Assembly (NCBI GenBank): GCA_049724395.1
Contig: JAUGWO010000107.1
Span: 186,001-250,000, forward strand
Direction: 5' to 3'
Source of the DNA: Spongospora subterranea f. sp. subterranea
Lineage: Eukaryota
DNA length: 64,000 nt
Shown here in pieces: positions 49,714 through 61,898 of the stretch. Within the stretch, counting starts at the first letter, position 1. The number at the start of each line of letters is the position of its first letter. The notes under the pieces are model-generated. The model made no database searches. It worked only from the letters and a program-made list of their open reading frames with translations, and was not told the DNA's origin. The translations under genes and the position numbers were made by a program.

Positions 49714-52700
49714 ATGGCATTGTCATGCGATGATTATGTATGGGATTGTGGTATTTCATCAATACTCGTCATTACATATCAGTTTTAGTTTGTTGAGGCC
49801 AACATCGAATCGATTCTTAAAAATTGGCAAAGGCCGCCTCGCCCTCGCATCGCTAATTTTGAGCAAAATGATTTAAGTACAATCTGCCAGCTTAATGAGG
49901 TTAATTCCGTTAATCGTGGTATAGATTTTCAAATGGTCGATACGACCGTTAGCTACGAAAACGTCCCTGCGAAACTGCAAAGGAAAGACCAGCCAACGAC
50001 AGGCCCAACCGCTCTATTATTTGGTGTCACTCCTGCAGGCAACTCTATACTTCTTCATTGTCATGGATTCTATCCATACCTCTACGTCAAGTCTTCCCCC
50101 GAATACTCCGATCATCATGCTCGTGTGTTTAAAGAGGCCATTGACGTCAGTCTTGTTGAATCTGGTCTCCATTCTACTTCACTGATTACCCGACAACTAC
50201 AGAAAGCCATTGGCGAAAACAATGGATTTATTGTCTCTATCGAACCAGTCGAAAGAAGATCCATTTGGGGATACACACCCCGCGATGAAATGGTATGCCA
50301 AGACTTTCTCATTTTTTTTAAATAAATTCATCCGTTCAGGGAAACTTCTTGAAGTTGACTTTGAGCCATCAAAATATAATGGCCACCGTCAGACGAATTT
50401 TAGAGGATGTTGGAATCACATTCATGGGAGCTACTCAACGCTTCACTACCTATGAATCCAAGGTCTCGTTTGATATGAGGTAAATTAGTCTATTTTGTAG
50501 CGCCCCTATCTAATGCTTCCCTAGGTTCATGATTGACGCTGATTTAGTTGGGGGAGGATGGGTCCAGTGCTGCGGCGGATCTTATCATGCTGTCGAAGTA
50601 TACGTCCGCCGTCGTTCTGAAATAATGACTAAACTGTGTTTAGGATCCTGTTTCTTCCTGTCAATTGGAGTACGATTGCTTCTACTCCAGCCTAAAGGCA
50701 TTGCCGATGGACGACCCTGAATGGCTGGGATTAGCTCCTCTACGTATAATGTCTTTTGATATTGAATGTGCTGGTCGACCAGATGTTTTCCCTGATGCGG
50801 ATATAGATCCAGTTATTCAGATAGCGGTTATTGTAAAAGTCCATGGCGTTGAGACGCCAATCGTGAACGCAGTGCTTACACTGCGAAGCTGCTCTCCTAT
50901 TGCTGGCGCCACCGTATTAGAGTTCAAAAGCGAACAGAATCTCCTAAATGCTTGGCAGGTAACATCGGTGTAGGTTCGTTAGGTTGCTGAACTTAAGGTC
51001 TGATTCATTAGAAACTACTCGTTTCAGTGGATCCTGATATTCTCATTGGGTAATTGTCTCACCAAACTGTTCGCTAGTTCTAAAGTTTATCCAGCTACAA
51101 TATTGTGAACTTCGATTTCCCATATATGCTGAACCGAGCATCCAAACTTGAATGCCGACGGTTCGGCTATCTCTCACGCATTTTGAAATCTGAAACAAAG
51201 ATCAAGAATGCCACATTTTCCTCAAAAGCATTTGGCACACGCGAGACGAAAGACATGAACATCGAGGGACGAGTTCAGTATGTAATCTGATGTTCTATTT
51301 CTACAACTGACCCCACCACAGATTTGATATTTTTCAAATCGTCCAACGTGAATACAAGTTGAGCAGTTATTCTTTGAATGCAGTATGTGCTCATTTTTTG
51401 CAGCAACAAAAAGAAGACGTCCATCATTCTATAATAACTGATCTTTTCAACGGTAATATATATACATTCTTTCAACCGAATTATTCACACGCCCACAGGA
51501 TCCAGTGAGACCCGACGCCGGCTGGCTGTTTACTGTTTAAAGGATGCAATGTTACCAATGACTTTATGTGAATCATTGCTTCTCTTGGTTAACTACATTG
51601 AAATGGCGCGCGTTACTGGGGTTCCCATCGGGTTTCTTTTAACCCGTGGACAACAGGTCAAAGTTGTTTCACAATTGCATCGGCATGTATGTATATCTGG
51701 TTGTGTCTCTGCTAGAGGCTAACATTTGTATTTGTTCAGGCTCGCCGTCATGGGTATGTCATCCCCAATCGGCCTCGCCTCGAGAATGATAGCACCTATG
51801 AGGGTGCTACCGTGCTTGAGGTACTCGTGTGTGTTCATGTAGTTTTTTAAGATTTGAATGCCACTTATAGCCTAGGAAAGGATTCTACTCCATGCCCATT
51901 GCCACTTTGGATTTTAGCTCGCTATATCCCAGCATCATGATTGCACATAATTTCTGTTATTCAACTTTACTGTCTCCGAATCAAGTGGCGTCGTTAGCCC
52001 CTCACGAGTACGTCAAGACTCCTACTGGCGATGCATTCGTCACATCCGAAGGTAACAACGTCTTCTATTCCATCAAAATTTTATTATATTGACTTTTTTG
52101 CAGTAAAACTCGGACTTCTTCCTGGCATTTTACAGGACCTTCTCTCTGCCCGTAGCAGGGCAAAAAAGGATATGGGTGCAGCAACGGACCCGTTCTTGAA
52201 ACAAGTAACTTTGTGATATCAAGTTATTCGTTATCATTGCGTTTATTGCTGTCCTTGCTCAGGTTCTCAATGGACGACAGTTGGCCTTGAAAATATCTGC
52301 CAATTCCGTCTATGGGTTTACGGGAGCCGTCGTTGGATCTCTACCCTGTTTGGAAATCTCCTCGTCTGTCACAGCCTTCGGCCGGGAAATGATTGACAAG
52401 ACTAAGGTAATTTTTCGTATTGGTGTTTCCAACTGTCTCTAATATTGGGGTTAGAGTGTCGTCGAGGAACACTTTACAACGGATAACGGTTATCACCACA
52501 ATGCCGAAGTCATTTACGGTGATACAGACTCAGGTAATTTCCATCGATAGATTCGTTTGACACCTTCAGCTCATCCTAGCTAGTGTTTATTCGATTTGGG
52601 GTTGAAACTGTAGCGGAAGCTATGGATCTGGGAAAAGAAGCAGCAGTGCTGGTCTCAGGACGCTTTGTAAAACCGATTTCTTTAGAATTTGAAAAGGTGG

Positions 52701-54029
52701 CCCGTATAAGAGTGCATGAGTTAGCCAAATTGATTACTTGACTAGGTATATAAACCTTTTCTTTTAATGAATAAGAAACGGTATGCCGGTTTGTACTGGA
52801 CAAATCCTGAGCGATACAGCAAGATGGACGTTAAAGGAATAGAGACCGTGCGGCGGGACAGTTGCCCCATGGCTCAGACAGTAATATCGACTTGTCTCAG
52901 CAAAATTCTCGTTGACAGCGATGTCAATGGTAGTTCGAAGTTGTTGCATTCATCTGGTGCAAATGCCAATAATCTTTTGAAATGTAGGTGCAATCGAATA
53001 TGCTAAACAAGTTATTGGGGATTTATTGACAAACAACATCGACATGAGCCAGCTTGTTAGTCTTCATGTAGCTCATCGTACTCAGTGCTAACTATTTTAA
53101 TAGGTATTGACAAAACAACTGGGAAAGGATCCTATGAAAGAAGATCAATATAAGGCTAAACAGGTAATTTTACGGATGTATCAAGGATTATAAACATTAA
53201 TGGCCTCGCGCAGGCTCATGTTGAACTTGCTCGCCGGATGTTTTTACGCGATCCGACCTCGGCGCCTCACGTAGGTGATCGAGTCGCGTATGTGGTAATT
53301 AAAGGCGCAAAAGGTGTTATTTTATTTTTTTCGATTCAAAGTTAATAATTAATACTGCTATTTTAGGGGCCAAAACCCACGAAAAAGTGGAAGATCCGAT
53401 TTGGGTTTTAGAACACGGTCTACCTATTGATACACAGCACTACTTAGAGCATCAATTAAAATTGCCTCTTGAACGGCTGTTTGAACCGATCATAGGCAAT
53501 GTCGATCGATTGTTGACTGGTACGTAATAAGTCGCGTAATTGAAAGTTTTAATGTTTTATATGCGAATCAGGTGATCATACACGCTCTGTCAAAATCTCA
53601 ACCCCGTCAGCTGCTATTGGAGGGAATGATGAAATTTGCAGTAGTTCGTGAAACATGCATGGGATGTAAAGCACGTTTAGGAAAAAACGGTATCGAGAGT
53701 GGTCTCAACGAAATTGTTTGTTGATTTCTTTCAGAATCTATTGTTTGCAAGGACTGTACGGAATTTCTACCAACCATATATGATGCACAAATACAGTCCT
53801 GTCGCCTCACCGAAAAGCTGTTCTCTCAGTTATGGACAGAGTGTCAAAGGTGTCAAGGTTCGGTTCATCAAGAGGTTTGCATATTTGGCAATTAGGTTCA
53901 TCCGTCCCTGTGTTGAACGTTACATAGGTACTGTGTTCGTCACGTGATTGTCCGATATTTTATCGCCGGAAAAAGGTTCAAAAAGATTTAGAAGACATTA
54001 GGGCCACTCTAAACAAGTTTCCTCTTTGA
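49714..54029 (+). CDS. POLD1: DNA polymerase delta catalytic subunit, about 20 short introns
   Basis: [12 protein letters not shown] (ExoI), [25 protein letters not shown] (Pol II), [29 protein letters not shown], CysA CMGC..CKDC and Cys[15 protein letters not shown]. Confidence 0.98.
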
Positions 54030-54144
54030 ATAAATTATTTTTGTATTGTAGAAAAAAAGATTTCGCAGTGGGTAAAGCGATGATGACGTACTTACAGCAA
54101 TGTTGGATATAAATCTTTTTGATCCGGACGATTGTCTGAACATG

Positions 54145-55266
54145 TCATCCTTCCTTACGAAGCATTTCTTCTCGCCTCCAGATCCAGTATTTTGAACGGA
54201 TGCAATCCAGATCCTTCTCAAGCATTTCTGATAACTGCAAGACAATCAAAAAGCGCATTGACAGCAGAAAAAATAACATACTTTGACTGCTTCGGCAATT
54301 TGATGTTCATTGCCAGATGCGATATATATCTCCAACAACGTCGAAGCTGCAAAGCGACATTGAGGGCACGTCAACAACACAGATTTCGAGAAGTCTGCCA
54401 CCTGCTGTTGTGTAAGCACATTTTGTAGGGTGGAAAAGAAACAACAACCTCGGATGAAGTCGACTTGGGGAAATTGGTGTGTTCAAGGACGCCTAGTATA
54501 TAATTCCATGGACTCTCATTTTGCGGAATCTTCTGTAGATGTCCAATCGCAAACTTGATTTCTTCTGCGATGACGAGAGGATCAGATATATCAACCGTAT
54601 TATTTTTTGTGACGATGAACCATCTCTGGTTCCACGCCGAGTTATTGAATGGATCCTCGACAAGGCATTGCTCAATAAACTGTATTTCGCTGTTCCATAA
54701 TGAGAATTCGCTGATCACCCATTGTCTGTGACTCCAAGAGTGATAATTTTTTGGATCGTTACGGAAAACCTGTTCGAACAAAATCAAATTAAACTCTATC
54801 AGCTGTAAACCTGTACCTCAGCAGTATGTTGTAATTCAGTCGACGGATCACGAAGCTTTTCAACAGCTTCTCTACGATGATACCATAGCTGGTAATTTTT
54901 TGCTGTCATTTCTGCAATAGAATCACATAGTCGAAGCTCATCCTTCCAATCTTTGCACAGGGCAGTTAAAATTTGACGGCGAAAATGCCAAGCTGTGTAA
55001 TTGGCCGCATTAATTCGAATGATATGTTCTGATAATGTCAGCGTCCGCTCGCTAAGCTCGTTCACGGCAAGAACAGCGCGAAATATATTCATAGCAAAAC
55101 TAACTGAATCAGGAGATAGTCAGTAGGTAAATTAAAGACCAAAACAATATCAAAAGAGACATTCATATGGATACTGAATCGAAACAACAGGTTCAGGACC
55201 GTCATCTTGAGGTATGGGGGCAATATCGCTAAACATGGACTGCAGCTCTGAGATGGACAGCGACAT
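54145..55266 (-). CDS. FNTA: Protein farnesyltransferase/geranylgeranyltransferase-I alpha subunit
   Basis: DIAPIPQDDGPEPVVSIQY, PPTA repeats (NAANYTAWHFRR, KNYQLWYHR, KNYHSWSHRQW, NNSAWNQR, NESPWNY) and DCIRSKYW. Confidence 0.95.
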
Positions 55267-55657
55267 GGCGTTTTGCCGAGATGTATTATTTGATATCAAT
55301 CAGCAGAGTATCCCATCAATGTACACAATCAAGGTGTTATGGGACACCACGGAGTTTGGTCACCAGACTGACTGTACAACAAAACAATGACAACAAAACA
55401 ATGACCCCGCCGTCATATCCATATTAACGACCCTACACTGCATCAGTCACGTCTATAACCGTTTATCAAATTACAGGTCAAATCGATGTTCAGTTTTTTC
55501 GTTACACTTGAAGAGCCGCCGATTCTCTTCAAAGCGGCTTGCTACCACTACTACCTATAATGGACATGTATCGCACGGTTTCGCGGACATTTTCATTTGC
55601 GTAGCGTTGGAGAAGAGGTGGGTGTAGCGTGATAAGAGGGTTGCTGAGAAGGGCAAC

Positions 55658-57273
55658 ATGTCAGGGAACTATCAGGCCGCCGGCAAATTACTCAGAGAGA
55701 TGATGAACCGGCGTGTTGGACTCAAGACACTCATGTTCAATTCTGATAAGCGTTCTGTGTTATTCAATAATCGTTTAGTGTTCGCCCTTGTATGTCAAGC
55801 AATTAAATGTAAGCTGATAACTGAGTCGACGATAACGGCTGTTTTTTCAATTTGAAAACCAGATCATGATATCATTGCCCGACTAATTGCCGATACGCCG
55901 TTATATGGTCTAGCTCGTGAGCCATCAGGCAAGTACACAATTATCGTTATGGTGTACGATCTTCTTTTCGGCAAGGGGTGTATTATTGGTGGAGGATCCC
56001 TCCGCCGATCTATCATGGAAAACTCTGCCGTGTTAAAAGAAAAAGTTTTGGCGGAAAAAACAAAGTTACATATAACGGAGAACGAGCATCTATTGCCGGG
56101 ACATTACCGACATTCCCAAACCCTTCTCAAGTATGCTCGCGTTAATACGCTGAAGATGAACCTGGATGATGCAATCTCTTCCATGGCTGCTCTAAAAGAT
56201 GTTAAATCATAAGCAGTGCTCAGTCGAGCAGTGCTCAGTCGATATCGACTCAGATATTCCCAGCCTTCTCCGTCTACCATCACATTATGATCTCCATGAT
56301 AATGAACTTGTCACCAATGGTAGTATAATATTGCAAGATAAAGCGTCTTGTATGCCAGTCCATGTTCTCTTGGATTCTCCTCAACAGATCCATCATGTTA
56401 TAGACGCATGCGCTGCGCCAGGTAATACCATAGTGCGTCTATATCGATCTCGTTATTCAGGTTAATGGTTAGGCAATAAGACCACACAGCTAGCTGCCGG
56501 GTTAGTTGACAAAGTCCATGCTTTTGAGCGCGATTCCAAGCGTTTCAAGCTTCTCTGCAGTCGTGTTGAACGTGCTGGAGCTGGGCATATAATCACTCCA
56601 GTTCATGCCGATTTTCGTACGTCTTCCCCAACTGATCCAGTATATGAGGATGTTGATGCAATTGTTGTCGATCCTAGTTGTTCAGGGTACCAGCTCGTTC
56701 ATTGCCAGTTCAACTCGCGGTGCTAAATCTCTTTTGTTCAGATCTGGTTTAGCTCAACATCGTATTGAAGCGTCACTGCAGCTCGCTTCCACAACGAAAA
56801 GCGATTTGTATAGACTTCAGAGGCAACAGGTTGAACTGATTATGCATGCGATGAAGTTTCCTGGTGTTAGAAGGATCACATATTCAACATGCTCCGTTAA
56901 TCGTGAAGAAAACGAAGATGTGGTGCGCATTATTCTGAGACGCTCTCCAGGATGGAAATTGGATAACGCGATGCCGTCTTGGCCATGCCGTGGATGGTCA
57001 TCAGTGTTTCCTGGCGCCGAACATTGCATTAGATCATCACCTGAAATGGGAACCCATGGATTTTTCGTCGCGCTTTTCGTCCGAGTGCCGGTAGATCAAA
57101 CCGCACCTGCCGATTTACTTCCTATGTCGACGAAATTAAGTCCAAGTCCAATTGATGAAAAAAGGGCACCGATACGTTCACAATCAGGATCAAGAATCAA
57201 GGCCAATCAGAGTATCCAGAACAGAAGACGGGGGAAACGCTGCCTATTAAACCCTTCTAAGTTTTTATCGTAG
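55658..57273 (+). CDS. NSUN5: rRNA m5C methyltransferase NSUN5/Rcm1
   Basis: VYDLLFGKG, KYARVNTLK, ILQDKASCMP, IDACAAPGNKTTQLA, VDPSCSGSG, YSTCSVNREENEDVV and THGFFVALF. Confidence 0.93.
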
Positions 57274-57420
57274 CCTATATAATTGGCCTAAAATAGGAGT
57301 AATTCTCATCAATGGGCTAATTTAGTATGAAAAGCCTGTTTTTGCTCAATGACAATGTTATGGCGAAAGAGAATGGCGATTGTGACTTGTCAGTCCGTAG
57401 AATAAAGGTGTTGGTTAAAG

Positions 57421-57539
57421 GGATCCGAAGGCGGTGTCATTGGGTTCACCATTCCGGGGAGCATTGAAAGGCGCGATTGCCGGAATTGTCGTTGGGTGTG
57501 ATCATTCATCCCGCGATAGGTATTGCCTTTGACAGGTCC
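57421..57539 (+). ncRNA. Candidate structured RNA (multi-stem junction), family unassigned
   Basis: Manual pairing: 57421-25/57535-39, 57426-38/57519-31, 57451-57/57480-86 and 57487-98/57507-18. G-U pairs favour the + strand. Confidence 0.4.
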
Positions 57540-57561
57540 GGCGACAGCTGTATTTGACCCG

Positions 57562-57901
57562 ATGTCGTCGTCTTATAAAGCGGTTGTAACTGGCAAGCTC
57601 AGGCTGAAGAAGCTGGTATCATCTCCTCGATTATAAGAATGATTCATGATTGTTTAATACTTTCCAAATACAGGATTCGGCTCCTAATAAATCCATAAAT
57701 AAAAGGAGAAAGCGCAAATCCAATACCAAGGCAGACAGTGGAGAACCTGTTGAAAAGGACGAAGATCAACCGTCGGTCAAACCGAATCCCGCTCAAACAA
57801 CTACTATTGTTGACGAGCGTGAGAAAAAAAAAGCGATCGATATTGTAAATAGTGTGGAGATAAATAATGAATCTGAGTATTTTAATCATGTTTGGGATTG
57901 A
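57562..57901 (+). CDS. FAM32A (DUF1754)-like protein, apparently lacking its conserved C-terminal half
   Basis: MSSSYKAVVTGKLRLKK followed, after an in-frame intron (about 57616-57673), by a KRRKRK basic tract and ...IVDER. Confidence 0.55.
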
Positions 57902-59604
57902 GATTTGTCTTGTGATTGATTATCTGTGCTAATCGGGGTGACTACAGCATTAGCTCGTTTACCAGGATCGATAAACACCAGTCCTAAAACGTCGAAGATG
58001 TCTTTTTCAGTTGGGCAATTGACGCAGGGCCCAAGTATGGATCTCCCCTGTTCATCATAACGAGCCGGAAATAGGCCATGATCCCCTAACGAATAACCCT
58101 GCACAACGATCGTGTTATTGACAAGAGCCCTGACGTGACGACATCGGTAGAATACCAACCATTTGTTTTGCATATAATCTCATGCTGCGAACGAACTGAG
58201 CATCGCCAGTAAAATATGCCAATGCATATGGTCGCAACCACTTAGGATACATCTTGATGTCGATTCGACGATGGAGTGAGCTGCTGTTCAACTGGGCAAT
58301 ACCCATGTACGAGCATTTATCGAATTTCCCATTCGATGAAGACGGAAGCGCCAGGTGATCGGTCAGGAACCCTTGCGCTGTGAGATCGGTGATGAGGCTG
58401 TTGAGAATATGGTATAGACTCGTTTCGATATTATTAGTGGTTGGAGTAATGATCATGTCGATATCGCCACACATGGGCTCATTCCTACGATATGACCCGC
58501 AAATCGTCATCAGACTGTTCGGAAACCTTTTGAGCAGCGCAGAATCGACCACATCTGCTAGTTTGGCAACCTCCTGTCTCGACATCTTGATTTGCAGTTC
58601 ATCGTGCACCTTGAGACACTTCTGAACCGCTAACGGAAGAGTGCTCTCAATCGAACGGACATCGTCAATAGTTCTACACCCTTTCAACCATAACTCATTA
58701 GCCAGCTTATTGCCAACTCCCCAGATCGATGTGAACTTGGTCAACGCTGCCACTTTCTCGTCACTGTCAAGACTTTCCAGTTTTCCACATTCCCCGGTTG
58801 TCACAATCTCTTTGATCCTGGCGATTAGCTTTCCTCCAATGCCTTTCCTAGTATGGAGAAACCTGTCCACATCCGCTTCTGTCTTCAATGTTTCCGTCAA
58901 TGATCCCACAAAATTACGAGCTCGTTCATAAGCGCGCCGTTCGAACTCTATAAATACGTAGGGCATTGACGACACCGTAGGAAATGATCGCTAACAGTAT
59001 TACCATTTCCCAATGCACCTTCAGCCGCTGCAATTCTGCCTAAAACATCAACAATTACTGGGTTCATTCGCGTCTGAACGGCCGGATTGGCGTCAGCATC
59101 TAAAGATTGGCTGAGTGATTGCGACTCTGGTTCATTATCAGTCGAATCCGATTTCGCGCTTGGCGACTGTGGCTCTGACGAATAGTTCGACGAGAGAGAT
59201 GACTTAGACTTCCATGTAAACATGTTCGAGGAAGGCAGCGTATGATTTTTGAGAGCCGATACAATCCACTCTGGGGTGTAGATCTTATTATCTGGAAAAT
59301 CGGTGTTTTTCACATCGGCATATTTGCTTTGAATCATGTGTGTGACATCAGCTGTTAATTCTTCTGATATCCTACCATCTTCATTAACACAGCCAATCAA
59401 AACTACTGAAACCTGATCCAGCTCTGCAGTTTACTTGCCATTACTGAGAATATTCCGAACGAGGCATGATCGTCTCGCGGCTGTTAAATCAGGTGCTGCG
59501 TTGGGCGATATAAAAAACGTCAGGCCCGAGAACAGAGTGCTTTGACAGCGAATCTCTTTGGATCGAGGTCGTTTGCATCCTTTGCCGGGCAACACCGCGG
59601 CCAT
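57886..59604 (-). CDS. Family X DNA polymerase with N-terminal BRCT (Pol lambda-like), 4 exons
   Basis: BRCT (LFSGLTFFI, VTHMI, TPEWIVSAL), HhH motifs KGIGGK and IWGVG, CGSYRR...CGDIDMII, RRIDIK, LAYFTG, GYSLGDHGL and TEKDIFDVLGL. Confidence 0.93.
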
Positions 59605-59900
59605 GGGATATCACTTTTCAAGCGCTATGGTCTGCCTGGCAGACGGCCGTTCACACTCAATGGCGAGTTCATATGGTGAGATATACGCCTGCAGACCAAT
59701 CATGTGGTCGAGTCATGACATGCTGTGCAGTCCCAGTGGTCGGTGCTGGTCTCGCACATGGCGCTACGCACATCACTACGAACCTGAACAGTGTTTTAGG
59801 AGATACCGGAAGGAATTACTCAAGCGGCATACAAATGAGTTTAACGACCTCTTATATTTGGATTGAAACTGTATTTGTACTTAAATTAAACATTCTATCT

Positions 59901-61898
59901 CTATTTTGTTTTATTGGAGCCTGCAATGACGCCATTGATCATTGTCATTATTCGGGCTTTTTCTTCTTCCGGCAAAGTCATTCTATTAATCGTATCCTTC
60001 ATGGTCTCCAGTCTTCCTTCACCCTTTAGTGTAAGCAATGCCTGTTTTAATATCAGCCGATTATATAGACCAATAACACTAGCCCATTAATTCGAGAAAA
60101 CCATTACCTGAGCGGCAATTTCGAACAGTTGATGATTCATGCATATTTCATATCGCTCTTCTAAGTTTTCAATCATTGCAGCATATTTAATCATATCCGC
60201 TTTTGGTCCACCAAACCTGGGCAATCCATTTCAGTCCGAATACCAAGCAATATAGCAATCTCACTTACTCCGCATAGACTTCCACGAACGCGCGGAATCC
60301 AATGATACATTTCGATTTTCTTGTGAACGTGGTCTACGTGTTCAAGAAAATTAGTAAGGAATCTCGCGCTGTTGAACGTTGACCTTTTTCACCAGCGCAT
60401 TGACTCCTAACCAATCGCCAACCTGTGCACGTGCGCGTACAGCAATCCAAGTATAGGTCTTCTTGCCGATCTAGAGAGGATTCAACTTGATACCAAGCGG
60501 CTTAGTTCATTTTGAAAATCAACCTGGAATGCATCTCTGATCCCTTTAGCATGGGATAACTTTCCTTTTTGTGCATTGCCGTGGTAGGTAAGGCAATACC
60601 TGTTTGTGCTGTCAGCATACTACCTCACGATCTGATGTATACGTATGGACCTCAACAAATTGATGACCGGTAGTCCGATAACATTCCATCGAGGATGTGT
60701 AAGCCAGATCTGGTTCGTGCCATTTTCCGCTAGCTGGAGATCCCATTCCTATTTATCCACGTTATGACAATCCAGAGATAAAAATCATATTTGTACAAAC
60801 TTCAATACTTATTTGCCGTTTCAATAAAGAATGAAGATCGGCTATATGTTTACAAAGGAATGTTAACTCTGGCCCCTTTGACTGAGTGTTATGAGCTTCT
60901 ATAAACCGTTGGCAATCAGCGATGGCTGCAAGACGAGAGTTGGCCTGCATATTTTACAGGATGAATAACATCGAAGTGAGCTGTAAATGATTGTCATTAT
61001 TACGTCTTTATGAGATGTCGCGATGTTCAACATGTGAAGAGCAGCGTTATCCAGTCGATTTAGCGCCGTATATCTGAATGCCCAGAGTATTATAGATTGG
61101 AACTTATCAGGCCATGTCTTACATTCTAATTAATACCGAAGAATTCCTTACGCTCTCGAGATGCGACAGAAACGCATCTAAAGCGACGGGATGATCTTTA
61201 AGAATTTGAAGAAATAAATGTTCTTTTAGAGTTTCGAACATAAATATTGTCACTTCGAGGATAATATCGCTATTTTCTGGTGACCAAATTAGCTTTGATC
61301 CCATATAATGATGAAGATTATGTACCGGTGTTCAGCGCGCCTGCAATCAGCATTCTTTTTCGAAACAAACTCCTGCAGGAATGCATCGGAGCATAGTCAT
61401 TTATAGCCGCCCTTTCTAGTACAAACGCAATGGAAGGTGGTCCATTTGCTGGCAGTGTAGGCGATAGCTTAGCAGCGTCCAGTTGACCTAGTCAGCTAAT
61501 TAATACCGAGTATTCATAACTATCATAATATGAATACTTTGAAGAGAAGCTACCTGAGAGCGAAGTTTTTCCAAGACAGAAATATGATCACCCTGAAAAG
61601 AAGATTGACAGGGCGACACCGAAGAGCCTCTAGGTGTAGTAGCATGAGAAGGATCCACAGACATACTGCTTCCAAGAAAGACGTCGAATGGATGTGATGA
61701 GGATAGATCAGAGATTTTTCCAGAAGTAGTCGATGGAACAGCTTTGGGAGGTACTTCCGTATGGGAAACCCGTCTCGCAGGAATTGATACTTGAGGGGAT
61801 GTCTTCGGTGCGAAAAAATCAGCGAATGGGTCATATTTCTGATCGGGGTCCTCCGACGTCACGCCATCCCAATTCAAACCTGGTCCGGTTGGAACCAT
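59901..61898 (-). CDS. VIPAS39/SPE-39 (Vps16B)-like protein, many introns
   Basis: LLKRQISIE, YCLTYHG...HAKGIRDAFQIGKKTYTWIAVRARAQVGDW and KCIIGFRAFVEV...YAAMIENLEER match the remembered VIPAS39 YCCFYH..LKKTFKIPDKQY..ALAARAK..W..APIGFHRVVEIL. Confidence 0.78.

Noticed and set aside
16353..55266. Functional linkage of G-gamma, DHHC and FNTA (lipidation)
   Set aside because: They are tens of kb apart with no shared organisation.
4789..56197. Systematic U-deletion editing or programmed +1 frameshifting behind the frame breaks
   Set aside because: All breaks sit in homopolymer runs, one is an A-run on the coding strand, and there is no shared recoding signal. Assembly error is more parsimonious.
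59650..59870. SRP RNA (tgcagtcccag, ccggaaggaa) or the missing FAM32A exon (TPADQ)
   Set aside because: The SRP helix-8 AGG/AGCAG pairing is absent, and the flanking translation does not resemble FAM32A.
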